Below, in pieces: positions 38,594 to 46,808 of a DNA stretch of 64,000 nt (the first letter of the stretch is position 1; the number at the start of each line of letters is the position of its first letter). The position numbers and the translations under genes were made by a program. Under the pieces are notes generated by a model. The model was not told the DNA's origin and ran no database searches. It saw nothing but the letters and a program-made list of their open reading frames with translations. The DNA comes from an uncultured Acidimicrobiales bacterium (lineage in GTDB: Bacteria; Actinomycetota; Acidimicrobiia; Acidimicrobiales; Bin134): contig OX638350.1 of assembly GCA_951813325.1 (NCBI GenBank), positions 575,316 to 639,315 of the forward strand, written 5' to 3'.

Positions 38594-39357
38594 CGTCCCT
38601 TCCAGTTAGGAGGCCGCTTCTCCACGAACGCCAATGGTCCCTCCTTGAAGTCCTCAGTTTTGGAGACGACCGCGCCCTCTCGGGCGGCGATGGCGAATCC
38701 CTCGGCCTCGGTGGTTTCCAGCCCGTCGAGTATGGCCCGGCGGGCGGCCCTCACCGCCAAGGGGGCGTTGACCGCGATGCGCTCGGCCAGCGCCTTGGCT
38801 TCGGCCAGCGCTTGGCCGGGCTCGCACACCACGTTCACCAGGCCCAGGGCGTGGGCTCGGTGGACGTCGATGGTGTCTCCGGTCAGGGCCAGTTCCATGG
38901 CCACGTTGGTCGGGATGCGGCGGGGCAGCCGGGTGACGCCCCCCTCGGAGGCAACCAGCGACCGCTTCACCTCGGGCAGGCCCAATACCGCCTCGGTGGA
39001 CGCCACCACCAGATCACAGCTCAGGACCAGTTCGAATCCCCCGGCCAGTGCGGGGCGGTCAACCGCGGCGATGACCGGCTTGTCCCGTTGCCGCCGTGCG
39101 AACCGGCCGAAGCCCTCCTCAGCGGTGATGATTCCCGCCGCTCGACCCTCGGAGAGCGCTTTGAGGTCGGCCCCGGCGCAGAAAATCTGGCCGTTGCCCG
39201 CCAGGATGGCCACCCACACGTCATCGTCGGCCTCGAATCGGTCAAAGGCCTCGCCGAGGGCGGCAGACAATTCCGGGCTCATGGCGTTGCGGGCCTCGGG
39301 GCGGTTCAGGGTGATTACCGCCACCCTCCCCTCGGCTTCGTAGACGACCAGGCTCAT
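38590..39357 (-). CDS. enoyl-CoA hydratase/isomerase (crotonase) family
   Basis: ITLNRPEARNAM, FCAGADLK, AAVDRPALAGGFELVLSCDL. ATGA overlap with the gamma-subunit gene. Confidence 0.85.
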   Translation of the reverse strand: MSLVVYEAEGRVAVITLNRPEARNAMSPELSAALGEAFDRFEADDDVWVAILAGNGQIFCAGADLKALSEGRAAGIITAEEGFGRFARRQRDKPVIAAVDRPALAGGFELVLSCDLVVASTEAVLGLPEVKRSLVASEGGVTRLPRRIPTNVAMELALTGDTIDVHRAHALGLVNVVCEPGQALAEAKALAERIAVNAPLAVRAARRAILDGLETTEAEGFAIAAREGAVVSKTEDFKEGPLAFVEKRPPNWKGR

Positions 39358-39375
39358 CGCTCGCTGCTTGTGCTC

Positions 39376-40380
39376 CTATTCCGGATCTCTTACTTTCAAG
39401 AGCTGCTTTCCGTGGTTGGCCCCGGAGAACAGCCGCAAAAACGTGGTCGGAATGTTCTCGAACCCCTCCTGGATGTCGGTCTGGAAGGCGATCTCCCCGT
39501 CGGCCACCCACTGACCGAGGTCGGCAGAAGCCGCCGGTACCCGGTCCATGTGGTCGAACATGACGAAACCCTGAAGGCAGAGGCGCTTCTCGATGATCTC
39601 GAACATGTTGGACGGACCCGGGCGGCGCAAGCCCTGGTTGTACGTGGAGATGGCCCCGCAGACGGCGATGCGCCCGCCCTGGTTCATGTGGCCCATCACC
39701 GTTTCCAGCAGGTCGCCGCCCACGTTGTCGAAGTAGACATCGATCCCGTCAGGGCAGAGCTCGGCCAGCCGAGCGTCCACATCCTCGTTCTTGTAGTCGA
39801 TGGCCGCGTCCAGGCGGGCTTCTTCCAGGAGCCACCGGCACTTGTCGGCCCCGCCGGCGATACCCACCGATCGGCAACCCTTGATCCTGGCGATCTGGGC
39901 GGCCACCGACCCGGTGGCTCCGGCCGCCCCCGACGTCAGCACCGTCTCGCCTGGTTGGGGCCGGCCGATGTCGAGCAGGCCGATGTAGGCGGTCAGCCCG
40001 GTGCCCCCCAGCGGTCCCAACCTCACCGGGACGAGCGTGTCCGGCGGCAACACCCGCACCTGGCTGTCCACTACCTCGTAGTCCTGCCAGCCCATCATGC
40101 CGCTGACCAGGTCGCCCTCGTTCAGCGCCGGTGTGTTGGAGGCCACCACTTGGGAGACTCCCGGCCCCACCATGGGCTGGCCCAGCGGCGCGGGCGGCAT
40201 GTAGGTGATGAAGTCCTCCAACCATGTCCGCATGGCCGGCTCGAAGCTGAGGTAGCACAACCTGGCCAACGCCTGGCCGTCGCCCGGCTCCGGGATAGGG
40301 GTTTCTCGGTACTCGAAATTGTCCACGCTCACCGGTCCGTCGGGCCGCACGGCGTAGATCCACTGGCGGTTCATCGCCAC
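39376..40380 (-). CDS. NADP-dependent oxidoreductase (alkenal/enone reductase, YncB/CurA-like MDR)
   Basis: SGAAGATGSVAAQIARIKGCRSVGIAGGADKCRWL and an overall length of 334 aa. Confidence 0.8.
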   Translation of the reverse strand: MAMNRQWIYAVRPDGPVSVDNFEYRETPIPEPGDGQALARLCYLSFEPAMRTWLEDFITYMPPAPLGQPMVGPGVSQVVASNTPALNEGDLVSGMMGWQDYEVVDSQVRVLPPDTLVPVRLGPLGGTGLTAYIGLLDIGRPQPGETVLTSGAAGATGSVAAQIARIKGCRSVGIAGGADKCRWLLEEARLDAAIDYKNEDVDARLAELCPDGIDVYFDNVGGDLLETVMGHMNQGGRIAVCGAISTYNQGLRRPGPSNMFEIIEKRLCLQGFVMFDHMDRVPAASADLGQWVADGEIAFQTDIQEGFENIPTTFLRLFSGANHGKQLLKVRDPE

Positions 40381-40408
40381 AACCTACTCCGACGAGTAGA
40401 CTGGTCCT

Positions 40409-41218
40409 TCAGCGGGTGGGGCGGACTCGCAGCATCATCGTGGCCATCAGGCGGTCGCCTTTGCCCAGATCTCTGATCTCGGCCACCACCCAGCCTGAAG
40501 ACGAGTCGCCCATCCAGCGGCAGGTGCAGTACACCGGGCCGATCTTCCCGCCCAGCAGATAGCGGATGTCCATGTCGGCCACGGCATGGGGCGAGCCGAG
40601 TTCATGTTCGGCCAGGGTCTCCGCGCCCACCTCGCCCACCAGGGCGACCATGGCGCCCTGCATGATGCCGGCGGGGTTGAGCAGGTGAGGGGCCAGCTCG
40701 ACCTCGACGTGGCCGGTAGGGGCATCGATCACCTCGATTCCGGCCAGATCGGCCAGCGGTAGGTCGATGTCGGGCAGTCCCGTGAGGTCGGGCCGGGGAG
40801 GGTCGTGGATGTGTTTGGCCGGGTCGCCGGGTCGCTGGGGGAAGCGCCCGAAGCCGATCTGGGCGTAGCCCACCTGAGCGCCGCCGGGGGTGGTGAGCCG
40901 GCATTCGCAGGTCAGCGTGGTGGCCCCGGCCCGCAGCACTTCAGCGGTTACGTCGATGTGGTCGGGCAGGGGGACAGATGCAGTGCGAAGCTGGAAGTCG
41001 GTGGTGAAATGCCAGCACTCGGGGTCTTCCTTCTCGCCGATCATGCCGGCGGTGATGTCGGCGATCAGCATCAGTACCGAGGGCCTCACCTGGCCTCCGT
41101 GGCACTGCTCGGCGAACACCCGCAATTGCCCGTAACCGGGCCGGGAGTTGGGGTCGCAGTAGATGCCCAGCTGGGCCGGGAGGGTGAACGTGAGCGGTTC
41201 GGAACCAGGAACAGCCAT
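40409..41218 (-). CDS. double hotdog-fold (PaaI/4HBT-like thioesterase) protein
   Basis: Two roughly 130-aa halves. The second carries the PaaI-like NPAGIMQGAMVALVGEVGAE. Call made on pattern only. Confidence 0.5.
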   Translation of the reverse strand: MAVPGSEPLTFTLPAQLGIYCDPNSRPGYGQLRVFAEQCHGGQVRPSVLMLIADITAGMIGEKEDPECWHFTTDFQLRTASVPLPDHIDVTAEVLRAGATTLTCECRLTTPGGAQVGYAQIGFGRFPQRPGDPAKHIHDPPRPDLTGLPDIDLPLADLAGIEVIDAPTGHVEVELAPHLLNPAGIMQGAMVALVGEVGAETLAEHELGSPHAVADMDIRYLLGGKIGPVYCTCRWMGDSSSGWVVAEIRDLGKGDRLMATMMLRVRPTR

Positions 41219-41230
41219 GACGCCTCTGTT

Positions 41231-42643
41231 CTAGGCGGTGACGCTCTCCAGCACCGTGTTCTTGAAGAAGTCGGGGCGGGCTTCGGTGAAGAAGCGGTGG
41301 GCGTTGTCGAACGTGAAGGCCCGGAATTGGTCTTCGTCGAGCCAGCCGTGCTCGACCTGCTCCCACACCTCGGGTATGACCTCGGCCATGTCGGGGACAT
41401 CCCAGTGGCCGACGTCGGAGGAGAAGATGGCGTTGAGGGTGGCCCCTTCGGGCAGGGCGCCGTCGAAGGCCAGCCGCACCAGGGGGTCGTCGGCTTCGCA
41501 GCCGAACCAGTAGGAGCGGTCGATCTGTCTGAGGATGTCTTCAGGGCTGGTGATGCCGGCGGCCTCGAAGTCGTGGAAGACCTCTTTGGTGGTGGAGGTT
41601 TTCTGCATCGTCTTGCCGAAGCCGGCGGGCAGGTCGATGGGGTCACCGGCACCGGCCAGCAGGGACTCGAAGTGCTCGGGCTCGAAACGGGCGGGGTCGT
41701 AGGCCTTGAGGCCTTCGGGGCCGCGCTTTTCCCAGTGGCTGATGAGGTCGCACAGCATCTGGGCCCCCCAGGTCACCCCGCCTTCGAGGAAGCCGAGGCG
41801 CAGGCCGGGGAAGCGGCAGGTGACCCCGCCGAAGAAGATCGACTTGGCCGTGGCCTCGCTGGCGGCGCCGAAGTTGCCCATGTGGTTGTAGGAGAAATTG
41901 CTGATCGATCGGCGGCCGTGCCAGCCCATCGACCCGGAATGGAGGCTGGCCGGGGTTTGCAAGTCCACCAGCCGCTGCCAGAGGGGGTCGTAGTCGTAGG
42001 CCGAGTCCAACCCCAGAGAGTCGATCCAGGTGGCCATCTCGCCTCCGGCGGGCAGCTGCCGGGGAACGAACCCCCCGATCATCACCGCTTTGAAGCCCAG
42101 TTCGGCCACGGCGAAGTCCAGTTGCTCGATGGCCTCGTCGGGAGTGTGGGTGGGGATGGCCGCCACCGGGGTCAGGCGGTCTTCCAAGCCCTGGTAGCTG
42201 TCGGCCAGGTACCGGTTGAGCGCCCGGCATAGCTGGTTGCGGACATCATCGTCGCGGTAGGCGGGGAAGTTGAGCCCGATGCTGGGGTAGCACACTGCGA
42301 AGTCCATGCCCAGCTCCTCCAGGCGGTCGTGGAACAGCGCCGGCGACACCGCGGTGGCGAAGTCCCGGGTGTTGGCCAACGGCAGCGCCCACCACGGCCC
42401 CCGGAAAGAGCGCCGGGCCAACCGCTCATCGGGTGGAAGGGCCGCCCAATTGGGCTCGCCGCTGAACGAGCAACTGCCCATCTGGGCATAGAGCCCGCCC
42501 TCAAGCCCCTCGTCGAGGCAGTACTGGTGCAGGGCCGGGTAGTGCTCGAACACGTGCCCGTCGGCGTCGATGACCGGGTGGCCCAAGTCGGCTCGGATGT
42601 CGGCGGCGGATCGTTGGCTGCTCATGGCGGCAACGCTAGCCAC
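41231..42643 (-). CDS. amidohydrolase_2 family metal-dependent hydrolase/decarboxylase-like protein
   Basis: N-terminal metal motif VIDADGHVFEH and C-terminal FSSDVGHWD. Paralogue of 49046-50461. Confidence 0.75.
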   Translation of the reverse strand: MASVAAMSSQRSAADIRADLGHPVIDADGHVFEHYPALHQYCLDEGLEGGLYAQMGSCSFSGEPNWAALPPDERLARRSFRGPWWALPLANTRDFATAVSPALFHDRLEELGMDFAVCYPSIGLNFPAYRDDDVRNQLCRALNRYLADSYQGLEDRLTPVAAIPTHTPDEAIEQLDFAVAELGFKAVMIGGFVPRQLPAGGEMATWIDSLGLDSAYDYDPLWQRLVDLQTPASLHSGSMGWHGRRSISNFSYNHMGNFGAASEATAKSIFFGGVTCRFPGLRLGFLEGGVTWGAQMLCDLISHWEKRGPEGLKAYDPARFEPEHFESLLAGAGDPIDLPAGFGKTMQKTSTTKEVFHDFEAAGITSPEDILRQIDRSYWFGCEADDPLVRLAFDGALPEGATLNAIFSSDVGHWDVPDMAEVIPEVWEQVEHGWLDEDQFRAFTFDNAHRFFTEARPDFFKNTVLESVTA

Positions 42644-42690
42644 TAGCCTGGTGCCTGTCTCAGTGACGCTTGATTGGAAAGGTCAACATT

Positions 42691-43818
42691 ATGAGCACTG
42701 TCGCCCCCGTTCGTCCCTGCATCTCGGCTGACTCGCATGTGACCGAGCCCGACAACACCTACATCGACTACATCGATCCGAAGTTCCGGGATCGGGCCCC
42801 CAGGGTGGACTGGGCCGACGATATGGGCGTGTTCATGTCCATCGACAACGGCCGCAACCGCATGCCCTTCAGCATGATCGCCAGCGCGGGCAAGAGCTGG
42901 CATGAGATAAGCGTTTCCAGCGGCACTCGCTGGGAGGAGCTGCACCCCGGCGGCTACGACCCGGCGGCCCGCCTCGAGGAGCAGGACCGGGACGGGGTGG
43001 TGGCCGAGGTCATCTACCCGTCGGTAGGCATGATCATCTGCAACCATCCCGACGGCGATTACAAGAAGGCTTGTTTCGACGCCTACAACCGTTGGATCGC
43101 CGTGTTCAGCTCCCATGCTCCCGAGCGGCTCATCGGCCTGGGCCAGACCGCGTTGCGCTCGGTGGACGAGGCCATCGCCGACTTGGAGGCCATGCGCGAC
43201 CTCGGGCTGAAAGGGGTCATGCTGCCCGGCTATCCGGCTTCGGGCCTCGACTACGACCATCCCGATTTCGACGCTTTCTGGGAGGCATCGGTGTCGATGG
43301 GGATGCCGCTGTCGTTCCACATCCTCACCTCGGGCAACGACCACCCCATGGCTGCCCAGTTCCGGGGGCCGAAGATCAACTCATTCCTGGGGATCATCCG
43401 GGGCAACCAGGACATCATCGGCACGCTGATCTTCGGGGGCGTGTTCGAGCGCCATCCCGACCTGCGGGTGGTGTGCGTGGAGGCCGACGCCGGCTGGGCG
43501 CCCCACTGGATGTACCGGGCCGACCACGCCTACAAGCGGCACCGCAACTGGCTGTCCAGCGCGGAGCTGTCCAAGATGCCCAGCGAGTACTTCCGGGAGA
43601 ACGTGTACCTGACGTTCCAGGACGACTGGGTGGCGTTCAAGCTGCTCGATTTGATGAACCTCGACCGGGTGATGTGGGCCAACGACCACCCCCACTCCGA
43701 CGCCACCTGGCCCTGGTCGCAGGAAATGCTCACCGAGCAGACCACCCACATGACCGACCACCAAATCGACCGAGTCCTGCGCGACAACTGCGCCGAGCTC
43801 TACGGCCTCACGGTCTGA
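42691..43818 (+). CDS. amidohydrolase_2 family protein
   Basis: ISADSHVTEP, FHILTS, VEADAGW and WANDHPHSD metal-ligand pattern. Start at MSTVAPV. Confidence 0.8.
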   Translation: MSTVAPVRPCISADSHVTEPDNTYIDYIDPKFRDRAPRVDWADDMGVFMSIDNGRNRMPFSMIASAGKSWHEISVSSGTRWEELHPGGYDPAARLEEQDRDGVVAEVIYPSVGMIICNHPDGDYKKACFDAYNRWIAVFSSHAPERLIGLGQTALRSVDEAIADLEAMRDLGLKGVMLPGYPASGLDYDHPDFDAFWEASVSMGMPLSFHILTSGNDHPMAAQFRGPKINSFLGIIRGNQDIIGTLIFGGVFERHPDLRVVCVEADAGWAPHWMYRADHAYKRHRNWLSSAELSKMPSEYFRENVYLTFQDDWVAFKLLDLMNLDRVMWANDHPHSDATWPWSQEMLTEQTTHMTDHQIDRVLRDNCAELYGLTV

Positions 43819-43977
43819 TTGCCCACCAGGGCCTGGGCGGTGGTGCGGAGGCGCGCCGCGGCCTTCGCGCTGCAAATGATCCCCCTTCGGCAGAATCGGG
43901 ATTCTTAGTTCGGCAATTATGGGATTTATTTTCCAGCAATTTCAGGATTTTAGGCTCGGCAGATGTAGGATATAACT

Positions 43978-45261
43978 GTGAACGCGCCGAATGATCTGAG
44001 GGTCGGAGCGGACAAGGGCACAGACCTCTATCCCCGGGCCGTCGAATGGCTAGTTGCCGAAGAGCTATTGCCGGCTTTTTCCGCCCTGCTGGTGGTCGGA
44101 CCTCGGGGTTGTGGCAAATCCACGTCGATGAGCCGGTTTGCCGATGCCACCTTGGACCTGTCAGAGCCCGGCGCTCGTCTAGCGGCGAGGGAAGACCCCG
44201 ACGGTGCATTGGCTGCGTCGGATGGCACTATTTTGATTGACGAGTGGCAGGAAGCCCCCGAGATTCTGGGAGCGATCAAACGAGCAGTAGACGCCGATCG
44301 GTCCAGTCGCCCAGGAAGATTCATCGTCACCGGCTCAGTTCGGGCAGCCCAGCAGGTGGCTACCTGGCCCGGCACAGGTCGCCTCATCCGGGTCAGGATG
44401 CACGGTCTGACCCGGGCTGAGATGGAACGCTCCGAGCGGTACAACCCCATCGATGTTCTGTTCAAGCTCGATCAGGTTCAGTTCGGCCAGTCAGAGTGGA
44501 CCCGCAACGACTATCTCGAAGCGATCGTGGGCGGACGGTTTCCGGTTGCGGTGGAGCTGAGCGGAAGGAATCGCCGTCGGTGGTTCCGCGCCTATGTCGA
44601 ACAGCTGATCGACAGGGATGCGCTGCAGATTTCGAACCGCCCACCTCGAGCGGGCAAGTTGCGCTCGGTGCTGGAATCGTGCGCCGCCCGGACGGGCCTT
44701 GAGCTCAATAAACAGGCCACCGCGAAGGATGCTGGTGTCGACTTCAAGACTGCGGACAGCTATCTCAGCATGCTTGAAGCTCTCTGTGTCGCCGGCCGCG
44801 TCCCGGCATGGCACGCGAAGCGATTGCCGCGGCTCACCCGGTCTCCCAAGGTCGTATTGTCCGATCCGGGCATGGCTGCTCACCTTCTCAACGTCGACGC
44901 CGTTTCGCTCGGCAGAGATCCGATACTGGTAGGCCAGATGTTCGAGACCTTCGCGGCCACGGAACTCCTCGCTCATATCGAGACAGCTCAGGAAGAGACC
45001 CGGATGTTCCACCTGCGAGACCGCGACGGCAAAGAGGTGGACATTGTGCTCGAGAGCCAGGGCAGGATTGTGGGCATCGAGGTGAAGTCCTCAAGCGTTG
45101 TGGGCCGAGACGACGCCAAAGGGCTCCTATGGCTGAGGGATCGACTTGGGGAGAACTTCGCCGGTGGCGCCGTTCTGAGCAGCGCTTCAGTGCCATTTCA
45201 GATCGACGATCGAGTGTGGGCCCTGCCCCTCAGTGCGTTGTGGCGAGCACCCAGCCAATAG
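43978..45261 (+). CDS. AAA-type ATPase with DUF4143-like C-terminal PD-(D/E)xK nuclease-fold domain
   Basis: Walker A VVGPRGCGKST, Walker B ILIDEWQ, C-terminal DGKEVDIVLE...GIEVKSS. GTG start preceded by an AT-rich region. Confidence 0.8.
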   Translation: MNAPNDLRVGADKGTDLYPRAVEWLVAEELLPAFSALLVVGPRGCGKSTSMSRFADATLDLSEPGARLAAREDPDGALAASDGTILIDEWQEAPEILGAIKRAVDADRSSRPGRFIVTGSVRAAQQVATWPGTGRLIRVRMHGLTRAEMERSERYNPIDVLFKLDQVQFGQSEWTRNDYLEAIVGGRFPVAVELSGRNRRRWFRAYVEQLIDRDALQISNRPPRAGKLRSVLESCAARTGLELNKQATAKDAGVDFKTADSYLSMLEALCVAGRVPAWHAKRLPRLTRSPKVVLSDPGMAAHLLNVDAVSLGRDPILVGQMFETFAATELLAHIETAQEETRMFHLRDRDGKEVDIVLESQGRIVGIEVKSSSVVGRDDAKGLLWLRDRLGENFAGGAVLSSASVPFQIDDRVWALPLSALWRAPSQ

Positions 45262-45295
45262 GGACGATTGGTCAAAGTTACAGCAAAGTTGCAGT

Positions 45296-45361
45296 CACCC
45301 CTACTCCGACACCACCTGGCCCTGGTCCCAGAAGATACCCACCGAGCAGACCAACCACGTG
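45296..45361 (+). pseudogene. relic copy of the 3' region of an amidohydrolase_2 gene
   Basis: About 86% identical by eye to 43687-43752 (HPYSDTTWPWSQKIPTEQTNHV versus HPHSDATWPWSQEMLTEQTTHM). Homology ends abruptly at 45361. Confidence 0.7.
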
Positions 45362-45390
45362 TTTTCAGGTATATTTCAAGGGGTATTGTG

Positions 45391-45416
45391 TCACTGGAGT
45401 TGATATAATTTCATTT
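45391..45416 (+). promoter_or_regulatory. putative extended -10 promoter giving a leaderless DUF222/HNH transcript
   Basis: TGATATAAT (TATAAT at 45404-45409) lies 7 nt before ATG 45417. The block is conserved with 310-335. Confidence 0.45.
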
Positions 45417-46670
45417 ATGGAATTTAGATTGAATCCCAGTACAGGCGGCGGAAATACCGGCGTTGGAGCCGGCGTTGCTGCGGGTTTCGGGTTCCCGGAT
45501 TATTCCGAGATCAGCGCTTCGGAGCTGTTGGGTTTGATGGGTGAAGCTGATCTGTTGCGCCGTCGGGCGGAGGGCTATCTAGTTGGCCTGGTCGCCCGCT
45601 ACGGCGAGCTCGAAGGCCCGGGCGCGGCTGCGACGGTATGCCACCAGTTCGGCATCAGCGCCCACCGAGCCCGCCAGTTGGCCAAGACCGCTCAGGGCGT
45701 CGCGGCCATGCCCCAGATTCTGGGTGCGGTGCGCGACGGTCGCATTTCGGCGGATCAGGCTGGACAGGTGGCCGAGTCGCACAAGCGGGCGCCGATGAGT
45801 GAACAAGACCAAAAAGAGCTGTTAGCGCTGGGTGGTTGGCAGGGCCACGACGATTTCAAGAAGACCGTCGCCGCTCGCGAGGACCGACGCCGCGCCGACG
45901 ACGGGATGGGTCGCGCCGAACGCCAGCGGGCCCGCCGCAGCGGCAAGGTGTTCGACGGAACCGCTGGCATGGTCGTATTACACGCCGAGTTCGACCAGGT
46001 GTCCGGTGAGCGGGTCAAGACCGCTCTTGGTGCCATGAGCGCCCAGATGCTCGGCGACGACCTCGCATTCGACCCCATCCGCACTTTCGAGCAGCGCAAT
46101 GCTGATGCCCTGGTCGCGCTGATTACCCAACAGCCCGCCTCGGCAACCCCAAACGCAGTTGCGGGGGGCGCGGCTGACGGCGAGATCCGCCCGCAGAAAA
46201 CAGTGCTGGTGGTGTCCGCCGACTACGACGCTATCGAGGGCCGGCTCAAGAGTGCCGGGCTCATCGACGGCACCCCCATCGAGCTAGACGAGCTCCGCCA
46301 CCTGGCCTGCGACGTAGAGATCGTTCCGATGATTTTCGCCGCCGACGGGCAGCCCCTCTACGTGGGCAGAGCTCAAAGAGCGGTCACCAAAGCCCAAAGG
46401 CTGGCCCTGTACCGCAGAGACGGGGGCTGTGTGGGCTGCGGCCTCAGACCTCAGGTGTGCGACGCCCACCACATCCAACCATGGGACCACAACGGGCCCA
46501 CCGACATAACCAACCTGGTGCTGTTGTGCCCCCGCTGCCACACAAAAGTCCACAAACACGGCCACACTGTCGAACACGACACCGAAACCGGCCGATACCA
46601 CCTCCAACCCCCACCCCGGCCCAGCCCGACAGCCCACCCGCCGCCCGCTGTACAACTGACAGCCGCCTGA
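45417..46670 (+). CDS. DUF222 / HNH endonuclease family protein (REP13E12-like)
   Basis: HNH motif CVGCGLRPQVCDAHHIQPWDHNGPTDITNLVLLCPRCHTKVH. Collinear with 336-1643. The upstream part of the tracked 620-aa ORF overlaps the ATPase gene and is rejected. Confidence 0.85.
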   Translation: MEFRLNPSTGGGNTGVGAGVAAGFGFPDYSEISASELLGLMGEADLLRRRAEGYLVGLVARYGELEGPGAAATVCHQFGISAHRARQLAKTAQGVAAMPQILGAVRDGRISADQAGQVAESHKRAPMSEQDQKELLALGGWQGHDDFKKTVAAREDRRRADDGMGRAERQRARRSGKVFDGTAGMVVLHAEFDQVSGERVKTALGAMSAQMLGDDLAFDPIRTFEQRNADALVALITQQPASATPNAVAGGAADGEIRPQKTVLVVSADYDAIEGRLKSAGLIDGTPIELDELRHLACDVEIVPMIFAADGQPLYVGRAQRAVTKAQRLALYRRDGGCVGCGLRPQVCDAHHIQPWDHNGPTDITNLVLLCPRCHTKVHKHGHTVEHDTETGRYHLQPPPRPSPTAHPPPAVQLTAA

Positions 46671-46808
46671 ACACCCACCCCCGGCAACCACAACGATGAC
46701 ACTCGGTTTTTTTGTGGGCACGTTGGATCTGGCCGATGGGACGTTCGATGTCTTGGCCAACGGCATCCGCAATGCCGTCTGGCGCGAGTAGTAGGCGTCA
46801 GCTGCCAG

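Noticed and set aside
38812-42232. 554-aa (38812-40476) and 475-aa (40805-42232) plus-strand ORFs
   Set aside because: Both are antisense to the tightly packed minus-strand operon, whose products carry clear family motifs. Their translations are low-complexity Gly/Val/Arg/His.
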